Shown here: positions 25,815-38,499 of the stretch, piece after piece
Layout of the letters: each line of letters opens with the position of its first letter
Numbering within the stretch: position 1 is the stretch's first letter
Source: Lama glama
Taxonomy: Eukaryota
Assembly (NCBI GenBank): GCA_028534125.1
Contig: CM052816.1
Location: 98,334,001 to 98,398,000 of the forward strand
Length of the DNA: 64,000 nucleotides
Reading direction: 5' to 3'
Position numbers and translations under genes: made by a program
The notes under the pieces: generated by a model
Database searches by the model: none
What the model was told of the DNA's origin: nothing
The model's input: only the letters and a program-made list of their open reading frames with translations

Positions 25815-26249
25815 AAAAAAATGCAATTTTTACATCAGGATGATAGTTCATGATTATTTGATTCTTTGATGGATAAAGTCTTCATGTTTGAGACAGTGAG
25901 AGAGAGAGAGAGATGTTGAGGGCGACTGAAGTGGGGGCTTGTGGACACACGTCTCCTTGCTCCCTGCCCCCGCCCCCGTCTACTTCAGGGCTCATGCATG
26001 CTTTGTGAGGGAACTGTCCTCCCCTGAAAATTACAGGTGATTTGATGGGATTTCACAGTCAGGGCTGCACCGATTATGTAACAGTTTGCGTCTTTGTATA
26101 GACTTTGAATGGGAAGCTAGGTCTGGTTAACATTCTGAAAACATGGTTTATTCCATTTGGAGGGAGAGGCAGGTGAGCTGATTAGAAGGAAAGGCAAAGT
26201 TGAAGACCAGATTGGTGCAAGATTATTTTGTTTCTGCCTGGGGAGTCCC

Positions 26250-26810
26250 AGGACGGCAAGCAGTGAGAGTAAAAGGTGGAAGATGGGACTGGCTAGTGAC
26301 AGGACCGGACAAGTGGGCGGGGTCAGATGGTCAGATAGGGCATCCTACGCCTTGCGAGTTAACTCCGATTTTGTCACTGAAGGGCACTGAGCTACAAGGC
26401 AGTGTGACCAGGTGTGGGTCGAAAGAAGACGCTAACAGCAAGATGGGGGAATAATTCTGAAGGCCAAGACAGGAACCAAAGAGACCAGTTTAAAAGAAAT
26501 GTGCTGTGGTTTCATCTCAGGACAAATGGTAGTCAGCTAAAACAGGGTACCATTGGTCTGGATGGAGAAAAGTGAATCTGATTCAGGAACACTGAGGAAA
26601 TGGAATTTTCAAGAGTGAGTTGGTGATCTGTGTGGATGATACAAAGAGAGGGTTTGAGAGTAATGCTTGGTGGGTAGCTGGGGTGGGCAATGGGTTAGAG
26701 GAAACAGAGTAAGAACAATATTAGAGTTTCTGAGAGAGTGGGGTTGTCCCATTCAGCTTTGACATTTCTGAGTTCGAGGAGCTTGGCAGCTCTACCGGTC
26801 AATGTCCGGG
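26250..26810 (-). mobile_element. L2 LINE fragment
   Basis: 'agagaccagttt..ggatggagaaaagtgaatctgattcagg..attcagctttgacatttctgagttcgagg', antisense L2 motifs. Confidence 0.6.
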
Positions 26811-28475
26811 TGCCCTGTGCTTGCCTCCCCTCCCTCAGGAGGCTTTCAGAGGGAAATGTCGGCAGCTTACCCGGTCAGACTCCCCAGGGCAGCAGGCGAA
26901 TGACCAGGGAGGAATAAGCAGGAAGAGCTAAGAAACAGTTGAGCAGCGGGTTCCCAGGGCCAGCAGCTCTGGGTGTCTGGTGTGGAGCCATGTGGGGGCA
27001 TCTGGTGTGTCCCAGCTGGCCGAGTTTGCCAAAACAGCCAGTCACGAGCCAGTCACCCATCGTCTGAAGAAAATCCAGCCACCAACTAACACCGCCTGTG
27101 TCGTGATGCTCAGGCAGACAGCCCTGGGATGCCTTTGAGACAGAGAAGAGAAGCTGAGGACCCTGTGTCTGCTGATGCTGCCAGCTCACGGAGGGAGCCG
27201 AGCTCTCCTGCTCACATGGGAGGAGCCCAGCGGGGGGCTGGACAGAAGGCCCCTTGTCCTTCCTCCATGCCCCGCCCTGGGAGTTGGCTCTACCACTGTA
27301 ACAGCAGAGATGCCGTCAGTCAGTCTCTGCAAGAGAGTCCCACTCAGAGAGGCCTGACCAGTGAGCTTAAGGAAAGGGCTGCTCCTGAGCAGGCGAGTCA
27401 GCTAAGGCAGCCAGCCGGGGTCCGGGCGCCCTGCCGTCGTCCTGAGGAGGTGGGGGGCGGGGGAGCATCGCCTGAGACAGGGGAGAGGGTGGAGCCGTGG
27501 AGCAGCATTTGGAACCTAGAAGGATGAACCCAGGCCACAACCCCTGGGTCTGCAGCACAGAGAAGGGGAGGGCACCCACCTCCCTCACGGACCTCACTCT
27601 GTCCCTGTCCCCCCTGAACCTCCTCAACAGGAAGCCAAGGGGAGAGGGCACTGGTGACCGCAGACTTAGTCTCCCTGGAGCCCAGGTGGGATGGAGGCTG
27701 GGAGGACAGACCCACGGGCAGGTGGAGAACGCCCAGCACAGGGCTCCCTGCATGGAGCATGGCTGCTCCCACCAGATGTGTGCTTCCAAACGCGCCTGCT
27801 CGAGATTGTGGCCACACTCCTCTGCCCTCCTCTGGCTGCGAGGTTGTCCCGGATCCTTCCCTCCAAAAGAGAGGGGCAAGTAGAGAGAAAAGGGAGCCAG
27901 GTAGAGGATGAAGGGGACGGACGGATGGAGGAGAGAGGGAAAGTGGCACGGGAAGGAGGCTGGAGCCCTCCTCACTGAGGACACACTTCTGTCCCCAACG
28001 CCTGCACGGCGGCCTCAGAAGCACAGCCGGCTCCCGCGCGTCTCTGGAAGCCTCTGCTCCAGGTCTTCATCGCCACTTCCAGAGGACTACCCGACAGTCG
28101 TCTACACCATGGGTGCTGGTCGTGCTGTCCTGTTGTCATAGAGAAGGGTGGCTGAATTCCCTCTAAAGAGAATAAAACTACTGTTTATAGTTCTGAAAGT
28201 AACGAGAGTCACCATCTAGCAGGATGCTGAGAAAGGCGTTCAAAGCCATCACTCTTGCCTGGCCACACACTCCACGTCCCCCCACTGTCCCCACACTGCT
28301 GTGGTCAATGCCATCATGGGGAGGGGACAGCAGATGGTTTGTGGCTCAAGTTCCAGGCCTTTTCTTGCCCCTCCTCCCTCCCTAGGACTCCCTCCCCTTA
28401 GGTCTCATGTCAGCTGAGGACCAGTTAATGCTGGCCCTGCCCCAGTCATCTGAGATTTTCAACCCACCTGTGCAG

Positions 28476-28608
28476 CACACAGATACACACACACCCCGAC
28501 CCACAAGCCCACACACACCCACAAAGCCCCTCACACGCACACCCACCACACCCATCCACACACACCCACCCCCCCTCCACAAATACACACACCCATCCAC
28601 CCACACCA
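28476..28608. repeat. CA/CCA-rich low-complexity tract
   Basis: acacacacacccc..ccacacacacccacaaagcccc..acacacccatccacccacacc. Confidence 0.8.
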
Positions 28609-29429
28609 TGGAAACTCTGGAAACGACTCGCTGGGTTGCCATCCTCTCGGAAACTCTAAAGGCCGTCACCCTGAGTTGGAAGCCAGGGAGCTGTGAAACT
28701 CTCTGCATCTTGCTCAGCCCCCCGCCCAATGCACAGAACCATCCGGTAGAAAGCCGACACTATTCATCACAGACCTGTAATCTTTAGTTCCCTGTGAACC
28801 AGGCTGATCTTTCTGACGAAGGTCTCTCCAGCTCAGTCTGAGTTAAATTAAACTCAGAGATCCTGGTGACGGCACGTTTTATGGAAACGGTCTACAGTGC
28901 AAGGGATTAAAACGTTACTGATTCAGAAGCAAAGCAAAGCCGCCTCGTGGCCGCGTGTAGGTGAGGGTGAGTCATAATCCCTGGTGGAGGCGCGTGTTCC
29001 TGGAGTACGGGTGTCACATGGCAGAGGGACTGCCCCACACCAAGGCTGATGGAACAGCCTTCCCCACCCCCCTCGCAACGAACGCGGCACTAGCTAGTCA
29101 GTACAATGCTTTATGGTTCCTTCTGTCTCTTTTCTTACATTTTGAAGGAAGAGAGGTGCTGAATACATGTATCAATGTTGCCATTCCTTCCAAGTAAGGG
29201 TGTGCCAACAGAGCATGGAAGTTGAGTATAAAATCTTCAGTCTTTTATGCAAGCATTGTAAAAACATTTAAGTTTCCTCCTAAATATAAAACTAAGTGTA
29301 CATGTGTTTTAGGATGCTTGAACAATATGCAAAGGGGCGCACACACACATACATGCAGAGTCAACTCTCCCTTGTCCACATCACCCGGTGATGAAGGTAG
29401 CTTTGCTATTTGCTTGTATCCTGAATCTT

Positions 29430-29505
29430 GATAGATGGGCAGATAGATAAATGGACAGACGGGTGACTGGTAGATGATGGAAGGATAGACAGGTGGGCAG
29501 ATACA
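29430..29505. repeat. Degenerate (AGAT/GGAT)n repeat
   Basis: gatagatgggcagatagataaatggacagac..tagatgatggaaggatagacagg. Confidence 0.6.
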
Positions 29506-29599
29506 AAGGTGAGGTGGAGCACTTGTACAGAAAAGGATGACGTAGTGCACAAAAATCGTGATGAAAAGGACGAGGAGTTCTCTTTTTCAGTTAAGCACC

Positions 29600-30025
29600 T
29601 GTCTTAGTTTGCGTTCTCCTGGAGCTGACCTTGAGACCAGGATGTGAGTGGAAGTGGTTTATTGGGGAGGTGACCCCAGGAGGCACCAGGAAGAGGGGGG
29701 AAATGAGAAGGGGGAAAGCCAGTGCGGTATGCATTCCTGGCAAGTTACAGCTGTGGAAATCTGGGACTCCAACCCAGGGGCTCTAGGAGACTGCGCAGAC
29801 TGCCTCATAGGATGCGGAAGCGGGACTAACCGCCCCCACCCCAGTCCTCCATCGCCTGGGGCTGCTCCCAGGCTCACTGGTGTGCTGGCGCTCTGGGTCA
29901 GCCTCAGGTGCACCCCTCTGAGCAGAGAAGACAGCCAGAGATGGAGATGCAGGTGCTTCAGAGGAAGGCAGTGGTGCGAGCTGGAGGGAAGGGTCCAGGA
30001 AGATGAGCAGGATCCCATCAGCTTC
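29600..30025 (-). mobile_element. ERVL LTR16-like solo LTR
   Basis: 'tgtcttagtttgcgttctcctggagctgaccttgagaccaggatgtgagtggaagtggtttattggggaggtgaccccaggaggcac' resembles the antisense LTR16A terminus. Confidence 0.75.
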
Positions 30026-33000
30026 ATGCAAGACTGCTCGTCTGCTTCCAGCCAGGTCCACCGTGTCTACATTCTCTCCTCCATCTCATGAGATGTTCTG
30101 TGATCCCGTGGGGTCCAGCCCAGCAGAAGTTCTCAGAACTGCTCCCTTCTCTCCCTTCCAACTCCCAGGGCCCAGATCAGACCCTTACCATGTTTTATCC
30201 ACATTTCCCAAAGTATTACCTGCAAACATTCATCCTCAGATTCTTCCAGAAAAAAGAGTTCTAGGAAACTAATAACTTTTCTAAATTCTTCCTTTATCGC
30301 TTCATTTTTGGAAATCCACAACCATCAGTTTAAAAAATATTTAATTTTACTTATTCTTACTATTGTCATATCCTTATTACAAGTGATTTAACAACATAAA
30401 ATTAATCACCATGGATCTCGCTTGAGGGAGTGCTAGATTATTGTAGTGACTTAACTTGTACGTCTCTCATCGCTCCCCTTCCAACACGTGTTACTGTAAT
30501 TTTTATGCCACATTCAAGCTTCTCCAAACCTGCTGTCCATCTTATAATCCCCTAATATCCTTTCAAAGATTGGGTACTGTAGCTAAATTATAACTCAGTT
30601 CAGTTTTCCATGTGTTACCTATGATTTTCCGATAATGGTTTATTATTTACTCATCTACACATTAACAGGTCTTTTCTGACACGTAATTATCCCAGCATTT
30701 AAAAGAGGTGAAGTAAAAAATCTCTTGCGTTTTGCTGAGCTTTGCTTGTGCTCTGGCTGAACAAACCTGTGTTCCCTGCAGACACCTGTTTGCTTGGTCA
30801 TCCCACTCGTTTACTCATTCAGTTGCTATGCAGGCACTAACAGGGCACAAACGAATAAGCAGCCACAGTTTTTTTTTTGAAAGTTTCATCTATCTGGGAT
30901 CTTTATTTTCAGATCAGCACCTTGGGAGAGTCCTATCCCTTGCCACTTTTGTGGAATCAATGGCGCAGGAACACCTCCACCCAGTGTCTGTTGACCTGAA
31001 AAGACTGGAATCTTTAAAGGCAGGAGGACTGGCCACTCACCAGCCTGCAGACCTCGGGTCCTGTGTCTCCAAACGGAATAAAGGGCGCATGATTATCACT
31101 TGCTGTGGAAGGTACCTGCCCACGTGTGCTGGTGGCCTCCTGGGTGGCATTCCATAAAACATGCAGCTTTTTTACAGTGGGGACACAAAAGAAACTTCTA
31201 AAGGACCCGTTAGTCTCGGGAGAAGTGACTAGGGTCTGGCATGAGCAGGAACAGCAATGAGAGAAAAACCAGGCAAAGGTCTAATTTCCATGTCTCATAC
31301 TCAGTTGGAAATGAAAGGAATAAAATATAATATACTCCACATTTCCAGAAAGGCGGGGCAACGTACTGACTCGCTGAGTCACTCAGAGCTGCTTTCTACC
31401 AAATACGTACCATTTCTGTGCAGACGGTAAGACAGACGGGGAACCGTCGGGCTCCTCTCCTCCCATAGCAAAGCAGTCCCATTCTCCTCTCACATTTCTG
31501 ATGTCACATTCAGCTCCACCTACTCTCGCTTTAATCTGTGGGTCGATAACATGAATCAACTTGGGAGCATCCATAAGCCCAGAAGAGTAGGTTTCCGGGG
31601 AAATAAAAGAAGTCCCACAAACACACCAAGAGCACGTGCTGGACCCAGCCGAGCGCAGACAGGAGTGGTGATGAGCGGGGCCTCGTCACAAGTCCCCTTA
31701 AGTTATCTCCAGGGGCCAAGGGGCCTTTGCTCAGTGTCCAGAGGGAAATGCACACTTTAAAGTTTTCCCCAGCAAGGCAGGCATGGACTAGAGTCTGCCT
31801 ACAAGGAAGATCGCAGATGAATTAGACTTGGGGGAAATCGCCCATCATGAATTTTTTAGAGATGCTCCAAATGCAAAGACCTCAACCGAAATGCTAACCA
31901 CAAAGCCAGGTGTAGCCAGCATCTCCAAAGGAGAGTCCATGTTGAGCCACCGACGGATTCTGAGATTTCCAGCTTTGGGAGAGTCCCCAGTATAACTGAG
32001 AAGCTGGACTTACTCACTTTTGAACTTCTGGCAGATGACCGGTCCAGCTGCTAAGCTATTTATATTTCTTTCACATCCCTCTCTCCAGAGATAAGGAATC
32101 CGGCTCTTTTTAAGAAATGGATGACTGCTACAGTCTCATAATGAAAAAGCTAATAAAGAAAGAATTTTTAGCAGGATAAGTGGCTTCTTGAATAAAGGAT
32201 TCCTTTATTACTTCATGAATCACAGTTAAGAGCTAATGTCGTGAAGCTGAGGAATTGTCTGCAGTGAAAAAAAAAGATAATTTATGAAAGTGGGAAACTT
32301 CTCAGAATGTTGGCTGTTGGTGCAGTTTATCAGAAGAGAACCAAGAAACTTACTGACATTGCCAGGTTATCTTAGGGAATGAGAAACTCTAATGCCCCCT
32401 ACGTGGCATTGACATTGGTACCCAGACACGTTACTGACGCCGCAGGCTTGGTGTTTGTTGTACAGTTATTGCCAAAAATAACAAACAACGCCTGGGTTAT
32501 TAAACACCGTCCATTCCCGTTTTCCAATTACCAGGGACGAAAGAACAGGAAAAAACAAAAAGCAACCAACCAAACAAAAGGCAGCAGAGTGGGGACTGAG
32601 TATGAAGGAGGAAGAATTACTGGTGGCGAGGCCCCAGGTGCGGGGGCCAGGGCCCCACCGTGCGTGCGGTGAGTCCAACCGCTGGGACTCGCAGTTTTCC
32701 GGCGTTTTCCAGGGCCCTGCAGGGAGTAACCACGAGCAGCAGACCGCACGCCTTCTGAGAAGTGGGCCCCACCAGGGCGCCCGCGGGTCGCCGTCCCGCT
32801 GGCAGGTGAGCGGACCCAAGTGCAGCCTGTACGTGGCAGCGCCCGGGGCGCCTCTAGAATCCCGGGCTCAGTGGAAGCCAGCCCTGCCTCTCCGCGCAGT
32901 AACCAGTGGTCCTCAAGAGGGGCGGTCCCCGGGCTCGCTGGGGTCCGCGGAGCGTGCCCGGCGCACAGCGCTGACCGCACGAGCGCAAGGCAGTTCTGAC

Positions 33001-33493
33001 ACCGAACAGCTGGCAGACGCCACCCCCAGGCGCGGGGACCGCCGCGCGGGGCGCCCCGGCCAGGCTGCCGCGCGCCCTCTGCCGGCGGGAGCGAGAGCCC
33101 GCGTTCCCGGCCCCGGGCCCGGGGCGCCCAGGAGCGCCACAGCCAGGCTTTCCGGGGCAGCGTTCGCAGCCCGCGCAGCCGTGCGCGCGTTTTCCAGCTG
33201 GCCTGTGCCTCTTCAGAGAGCGGCCTTCGGGGTGGGGGCGCCTGCAGATACTGTGGACGTTGACAGCACTCCGGGGGCGATGGGAACTGGGCAGAGGGGA
33301 GGGAGGAACCCGGGCGTCCCCCCGAGGCCCTGACGTCTGCGTGTGGATGAAGCAGCCTCGTCTTCGCCAGGAGGCCGTCGGCAGTGGGACACCTAAGTCC
33401 GTCAACCAGTCTTAAAGCCTGACTTGCTGCCTACGTGGCCGGGGCCTTTCTAAGTAAAGGGGTGTGGGAACAGAAGGATGGGAGGGAGGGAGG

Positions 33494-33993
33494 NNNNNNN
33501 NNNNNNNNNNNNNNNNNNNNNNNNNNNNNNNNNNNNNNNNNNNNNNNNNNNNNNNNNNNNNNNNNNNNNNNNNNNNNNNNNNNNNNNNNNNNNNNNNNNN
33601 NNNNNNNNNNNNNNNNNNNNNNNNNNNNNNNNNNNNNNNNNNNNNNNNNNNNNNNNNNNNNNNNNNNNNNNNNNNNNNNNNNNNNNNNNNNNNNNNNNNN
33701 NNNNNNNNNNNNNNNNNNNNNNNNNNNNNNNNNNNNNNNNNNNNNNNNNNNNNNNNNNNNNNNNNNNNNNNNNNNNNNNNNNNNNNNNNNNNNNNNNNNN
33801 NNNNNNNNNNNNNNNNNNNNNNNNNNNNNNNNNNNNNNNNNNNNNNNNNNNNNNNNNNNNNNNNNNNNNNNNNNNNNNNNNNNNNNNNNNNNNNNNNNNN
33901 NNNNNNNNNNNNNNNNNNNNNNNNNNNNNNNNNNNNNNNNNNNNNNNNNNNNNNNNNNNNNNNNNNNNNNNNNNNNNNNNNNNNNNNNNNNNN
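33494..33993. other. Assembly gap, exactly 500 N, flanked on both sides by (GGGA)n
   Basis: Seen directly: ..gggagggagggagg[N500]agggagggagggaggga.. Confidence 0.99.
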
Positions 33994-34237
33994 AGGGAGG
34001 GAGGGAGGGAGAATATTGCTTTGCTCAGAGAGCAGCCCTCAACTCTGTTTTAAACTCCTTCTTCTCAAGACATTGGGATCCCGCCTTCGCGGGCTCCAGC
34101 GCCAGGGAGCGGGCGGGCGGAGGCGGAGATCTGTAAGCCGTGCAGCAGGTGGAGGCTCAGCCCAGACGCGCTGTGGTCCCCGGGCCGCTCTCCTCCACCC
34201 CTCCTGTCTCCCGCCTCCGCCGCACCGGTCACTCTGG

Positions 34238-34253
34238 GGCCACCAGGTGGAGC
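34238..34253 (+). promoter_or_regulatory. Candidate CTCF site
   Basis: GGCCACCAGGTGGAGC, one mismatch to the core CCASYAGRKGGCRS. Lies in the CGI. Motif only. Confidence 0.45.
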
Positions 34254-34991
34254 CGCGGGGGGAGGACCCTCCCCATCTGGTGAGGGCGACTCTGTCCAGA
34301 TTTACCTCCTAACGTGTCCCCCTCAGGAGGACGCCGGGCTGCTGCAGCTGCTGTGGCGTCTGAGCTCTGGTGCCGTGGGGTCACACAGGATGGAAGTGGA
34401 GGGGATAGGAATCAGGGCCCTGCGCCACCCCACCCCCCACCCCCCGTGCCCTGGACGTCTCCAGAAGCCGCTCTGGCAGCTCCTAAGGCCTGGCAATCAT
34501 GAGTCCCAAGGCTCTGGGCTCTCCTCGGATGCCCTCACTTCCATGACGGTGGAAGGGAAGGCCCGCACAGGACACTGCTCCCTGCCCACTCTGTCTGTGA
34601 CCTCAGCGCCAAGACAACCCTCCTGTCTCCAGTGACCCCTCCTAGACAGCCATGCGCCTTCCCCAGGTCTCGGGACCCAGAGTGAGCACTAGTCTTGTGA
34701 TGCAAACAGGACCCATCTCACCATTGACCCACAGCTCCTGGGCTGCCCTGCCCAGCCCCCTCCTCACAGCCCGGCTCTTGGTGAGTGATGGCACCTGTCT
34801 GAGATGGTAGAAGCCTTGAAGACAGGACCAATAACTCATTGTTTCTTCCTCTGATATGACTTGGCACTTAAAATAATAGAATGCACCAATTTTTTAAATG
34901 AATAAAGAATTAGAAAGGAAGCCAGCTCAGACTAGTTTACCTGAGAGATCTGGCTTTATTTCTCTCCCCACAGGATTTTAAAATCAAGAAC

Positions 34992-35335
34992 TTACAACAG
35001 CCAGGACATGGAAACAATCTGAATGTTCATCAACAGATGACTGGAGAAAGAAGTTGTGGTACATTTATACAATGGAATACTACTCAGCCATAAAAAGAAT
35101 AAATTAATGCTATTTTCAGCAGCATGGATGGACCTGGAGGTCATCAATCTAAGTGAAGTAAGTCAAACAGAGAAAGAAAAATGCCATACGATACCACTTA
35201 TATGTGAAATCTGAAAAAGAAAAAAAAGGACACAAATGAACTTATTTACAAAACAGAGACAGACTCACAGACATAGAAAACAAACCTATGGTCACCAGGT
35301 GGGGAAGGGGGTGAGGGAGGGATAAAATGGGAGAG
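34992..35335 (+). mobile_element. L1 fragment: ORF2 C-terminus plus start of the 3'UTR
   Basis: Translates to TTARTWKQSECSSTDDWRKKLWYIYTMEYYSAIK / (frameshift) NKLMLFSAAWMDLEVINLSEVSQTEKEKCHTIPLICEI*, the canonical L1 ORF2 end. Followed by 'aaatgaacttatttacaaaacagagacagactcacagacatagaaaacaaac'. Confidence 0.95.
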
Positions 35336-37689
35336 AAAAAAAGTATTTGTAAAGTAGGAATCTAGGCTTGAATAAACAGATGGGGACGTTGTGAAGTGAA
35401 GGGAGGAAAATAGGAAAAGAGGAAGAAATGAGGAAGGGAGCAGAGAGAAAGAGAGAAGACTGGCACATGTAGGAATGCATGGATTTGGGGGAGAATGGCC
35501 AGTGCTACGTGGGAGATGGGAGAGCCCACTGGATTCCCCAGTGTGTCTAAAAAATGCCTCCCCAGCCAGGGCAGGGATGGACGTGCCAGCAGAAGTCGGA
35601 CAGGGACCCAGCAAACCGCCGTTTGTCTTCCCTGCCAGAGCTTTGTGCCACGTGCTAGCCTGCCAGGGTCGTAGCAGATCAGCCCCCCATCACCCCTGCT
35701 GCTGGGGAGGGGGCGCCAGAGCACTGCCAGCCCTGGAGGCACAGGCGGGTGCCCAGCAGGTCTCGAGCCCGGTATCTGGGAAAGCGCCTGGGAACTGCCT
35801 GGCCGCTGCTCCCTCCCCACCTGCCCAGGAGCAGGAAGCTGCCCGCAGGCTCTGCCAGGCTTCCGTGGGCCAGGCTGCAGGTGATGCCCAGAGCCCTGCC
35901 CGGGCCAACTGTGCCTGTCTGGCTGGGAGCACAGCCCATTCCTGGTCTTTGAAGTTGCAGGTGGACTAGAAGGCAGCTGCTGTCTGCAACCAGCTCTTAA
36001 AAACAACATCCCTGCAGCCTTTCCTGTGACAGAGAAAGGCAATTTAGCGTTTACATTGGAGAGACTAAGAGCACACTACTCACCCCAATTAAAAATCGTT
36101 GCTATTACGTATAAGGTAGGAGAGTTGAGTCTGCATAACATGAAAACGAAGAGAGAGTCCACAGCTGGTTTTCTTCGACTCTAACTTCGGCCCTTTGACA
36201 CTCAGTTATCACGGAAGCAGGAGGAAGATTAAACCAGGAAGGTGTGTCTGAGTGACTGTGGGACTTTGGGACTTTGGGGGAGAAACACCCCTGTTCTTCC
36301 CTGCACACATTTTGCTTTTCTTATTGCTCTTCTTATCCATGAAGATGGTGCTGTCAGCCCACCTCAGAAGTGCTCGTGCTTGGGTCATTTCCAGAGGACA
36401 CCAGGGATTCGGGTGCATTATGTAGACGGGGAAGGTGACATTCCTGAAGCCACGCCCAGAACTAGGTTTATCTTCCGTGCAGCACAATGGAGCAGAACTC
36501 TTCGGGTCCGTGGGGTGGCAGTGGGGGCTGACTCTGACCTGTAGCGTGTGTGTGTAAGAACCGGCCACCACTTTCTCCTCGGGGAATGTCCTGGAAGTCT
36601 CGCTGGAGACTATAGGCACATGGGATGGACTGGAGTAAGTGAGCAGCTTGCTGGAAAGGAGCTCCAGGCTGAGCTGTGCCCTGCAGCTCTCGCTCCTACA
36701 GTGAAGCAAGGAGCTCTCCTTTCCAACAGCCTCTCGCTGCTGCGTCCGGGCCTTTTTGTCCTACACCTGCGTGGGGACCAGACACAGGTGCTGGAGCTCC
36801 TCTCATGCTGTCTGTGCTCTCAGCTGCGATTTGGCCTCGATGGACGTGGGACTTGGAGGTCCTGGCCAGCAGGTCTCTTTGTATCCTGATCAGCTGCTTA
36901 AAAATCCACCTTTTTGTCCTTCACCAAAGGGCAGACGGAGATGTAGCAGAGCATGAGTAAGTAATGGAAAACTGGGCTTGAAAGGGGTCCGTTGTGGTTT
37001 TCAGCCTCTGATAGGTGCCGGACATTACATTTCTGCTGGAACTACCATCGTGGCTCACCTGCAATGTCGTGGCGTTAGTTAGGGGCTCGGGGTGGAGGAC
37101 CTGCCGCCTGTCAAATGCCCAGGTGGTCTCACTGCTTGCCCAGACCCTTCCAAGCCAGCTGAGTGTCACATGCTGGCTGGACAAGATTATATTACAGATG
37201 GAAGCCTGGTGCCCTGAACAACCTCATTTATAAGCTCAGGCCAAGTGTTCTGTGTCCTGTAAGAACCATTTTCTCTTTCTGGCCTGTGCCGGGATAGCTC
37301 CCTGTCTTTCTAAATCAAACATATTGAAAGCCTACATCCTATCCAATTACTACTCCCAAAATCCAGTGTCTTGCAGACTCTTTTTGCATCATTTCAGGGA
37401 AGAACTATAAGATCAGCTACTGTTTCTCAGTGCAGCTCGCGTTGGCAGATTCACCCAGGCTGGCCATCCCAGTCTTCCCCTTGACGCCTTGCATCAGTGT
37501 GAAGACGCTGATGCGTCATGGATCAGGTCCAGGCTCCCGACTGGCACTCAGAACCTGCTTCCACTTGGCCAAACCTGCCTTCATCACTTGCACACAACAG
37601 ACCACAGCCAGCCTCGCCAGGCTGCTCACCCCTCCCCACGTCTACACTCTTGTTCCTTCGGGGCCTGGTTCTTTTCTTTTTGCTTGACT

Positions 37690-37897
37690 GTAGTGTGCTT
37701 TTGGAGTCGGAGGGCCAGTGGGGAGGATGCTAATGCACCTTGTCTCCCCATCTGAGAAATACGCTTGGCAAGGGGAGAGAGACCATCATGTCATCCTCTG
37801 TAATATGTAACTCAGGGTCCCGCACATAACAGGCCCTCTCTCAATATCTGCTGATTGATTAGTGTTTATTGACTGAGTGACTGAATAAATGAGTGAT
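37690..37897 (+). mobile_element. L2 3'-end fragment
   Basis: 'gcacataacaggccctctctcaatatctgctgattga..gactgaataaatgagtga', an L2 tail. Confidence 0.55.
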
Positions 37898-38499
37898 CAT
37901 CTTGAGGACAGAGAACCAAATGGATACATAAATATGTCGGGTTTACAATAATAAACATTCTAGCTGACACTGCCCTTAGTCACATTTGGGGAAATGTATA
38001 AAGGTTTATCAGACAATTGTTTATAAGGGAATTTATATGCTTGACTTTTACAGCCATGATTACTTTTTTTTTCTTAAAAGGCAGATCCCATAAGCCTTGG
38101 GATATACAGAGATGTCTTCCTTAAAGAAAACTGCTGAATACACTCTCATTTTGCAAAATAACTCATCCCAATTTTTTAAATTAATAGTTATCTTTTATAC
38201 AAAGTAGGACTGATGGGATATTCAAGACAATTTTTATCTTGTCAATCAAGTGGACTCCGATTGTAAAAATTACTTTCTCTCTTTGCTTCTTGCTGTACAA
38301 CATTATCTACACTTTCTAAATGAAATATACACACACATATACTTTGGCCAACTCAACGTACTCATCTTGAACAATTTTAATGCTTTTGGTTTTTATTATT
38401 AATTACCTAAGTTTTCTGTGTTTAGCTCAAACTGAACTCCTTAGGCGGTTGCTCTGTTGGCCCAATTTGGATATTTAAAATACTCACAATTGCTGTCTT

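Larger units (their letters stand above)
32600..34460. promoter_or_regulatory. CpG-island-like region (candidate promoter or orphan CGI), interrupted by an assembly gap
   Basis: Very GC-rich with dense CpG (e.g. 33030-33190), GGGCGG boxes at about 34111-34120, and no recognisable repeat. Contrasts with the CpG-poorer flanks. Confidence 0.85.

Noticed and set aside
27129..28141. Cluster of 130-208 aa ORFs on both strands
   Set aside because: GC-rich, low-information sequence with overlapping frames and no domain or splice support.
31383..31574. Minus-strand ORF with a donor-like ATG|GTACGT near 31410
   Set aside because: No recognised protein similarity and no partner exons.
32602..33333. 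243-aa ORF (MKEEELLVARPQ...) and the overlapping minus-strand ORFs
   Set aside because: Ala/Arg/Gly/Pro-rich, no recognisable domain, and open on both strands, as expected from stop-codon scarcity in a CpG island.
33435..34312. Three long ORFs of 191-282 aa
   Set aside because: Artefacts of translating through the 500-N gap.
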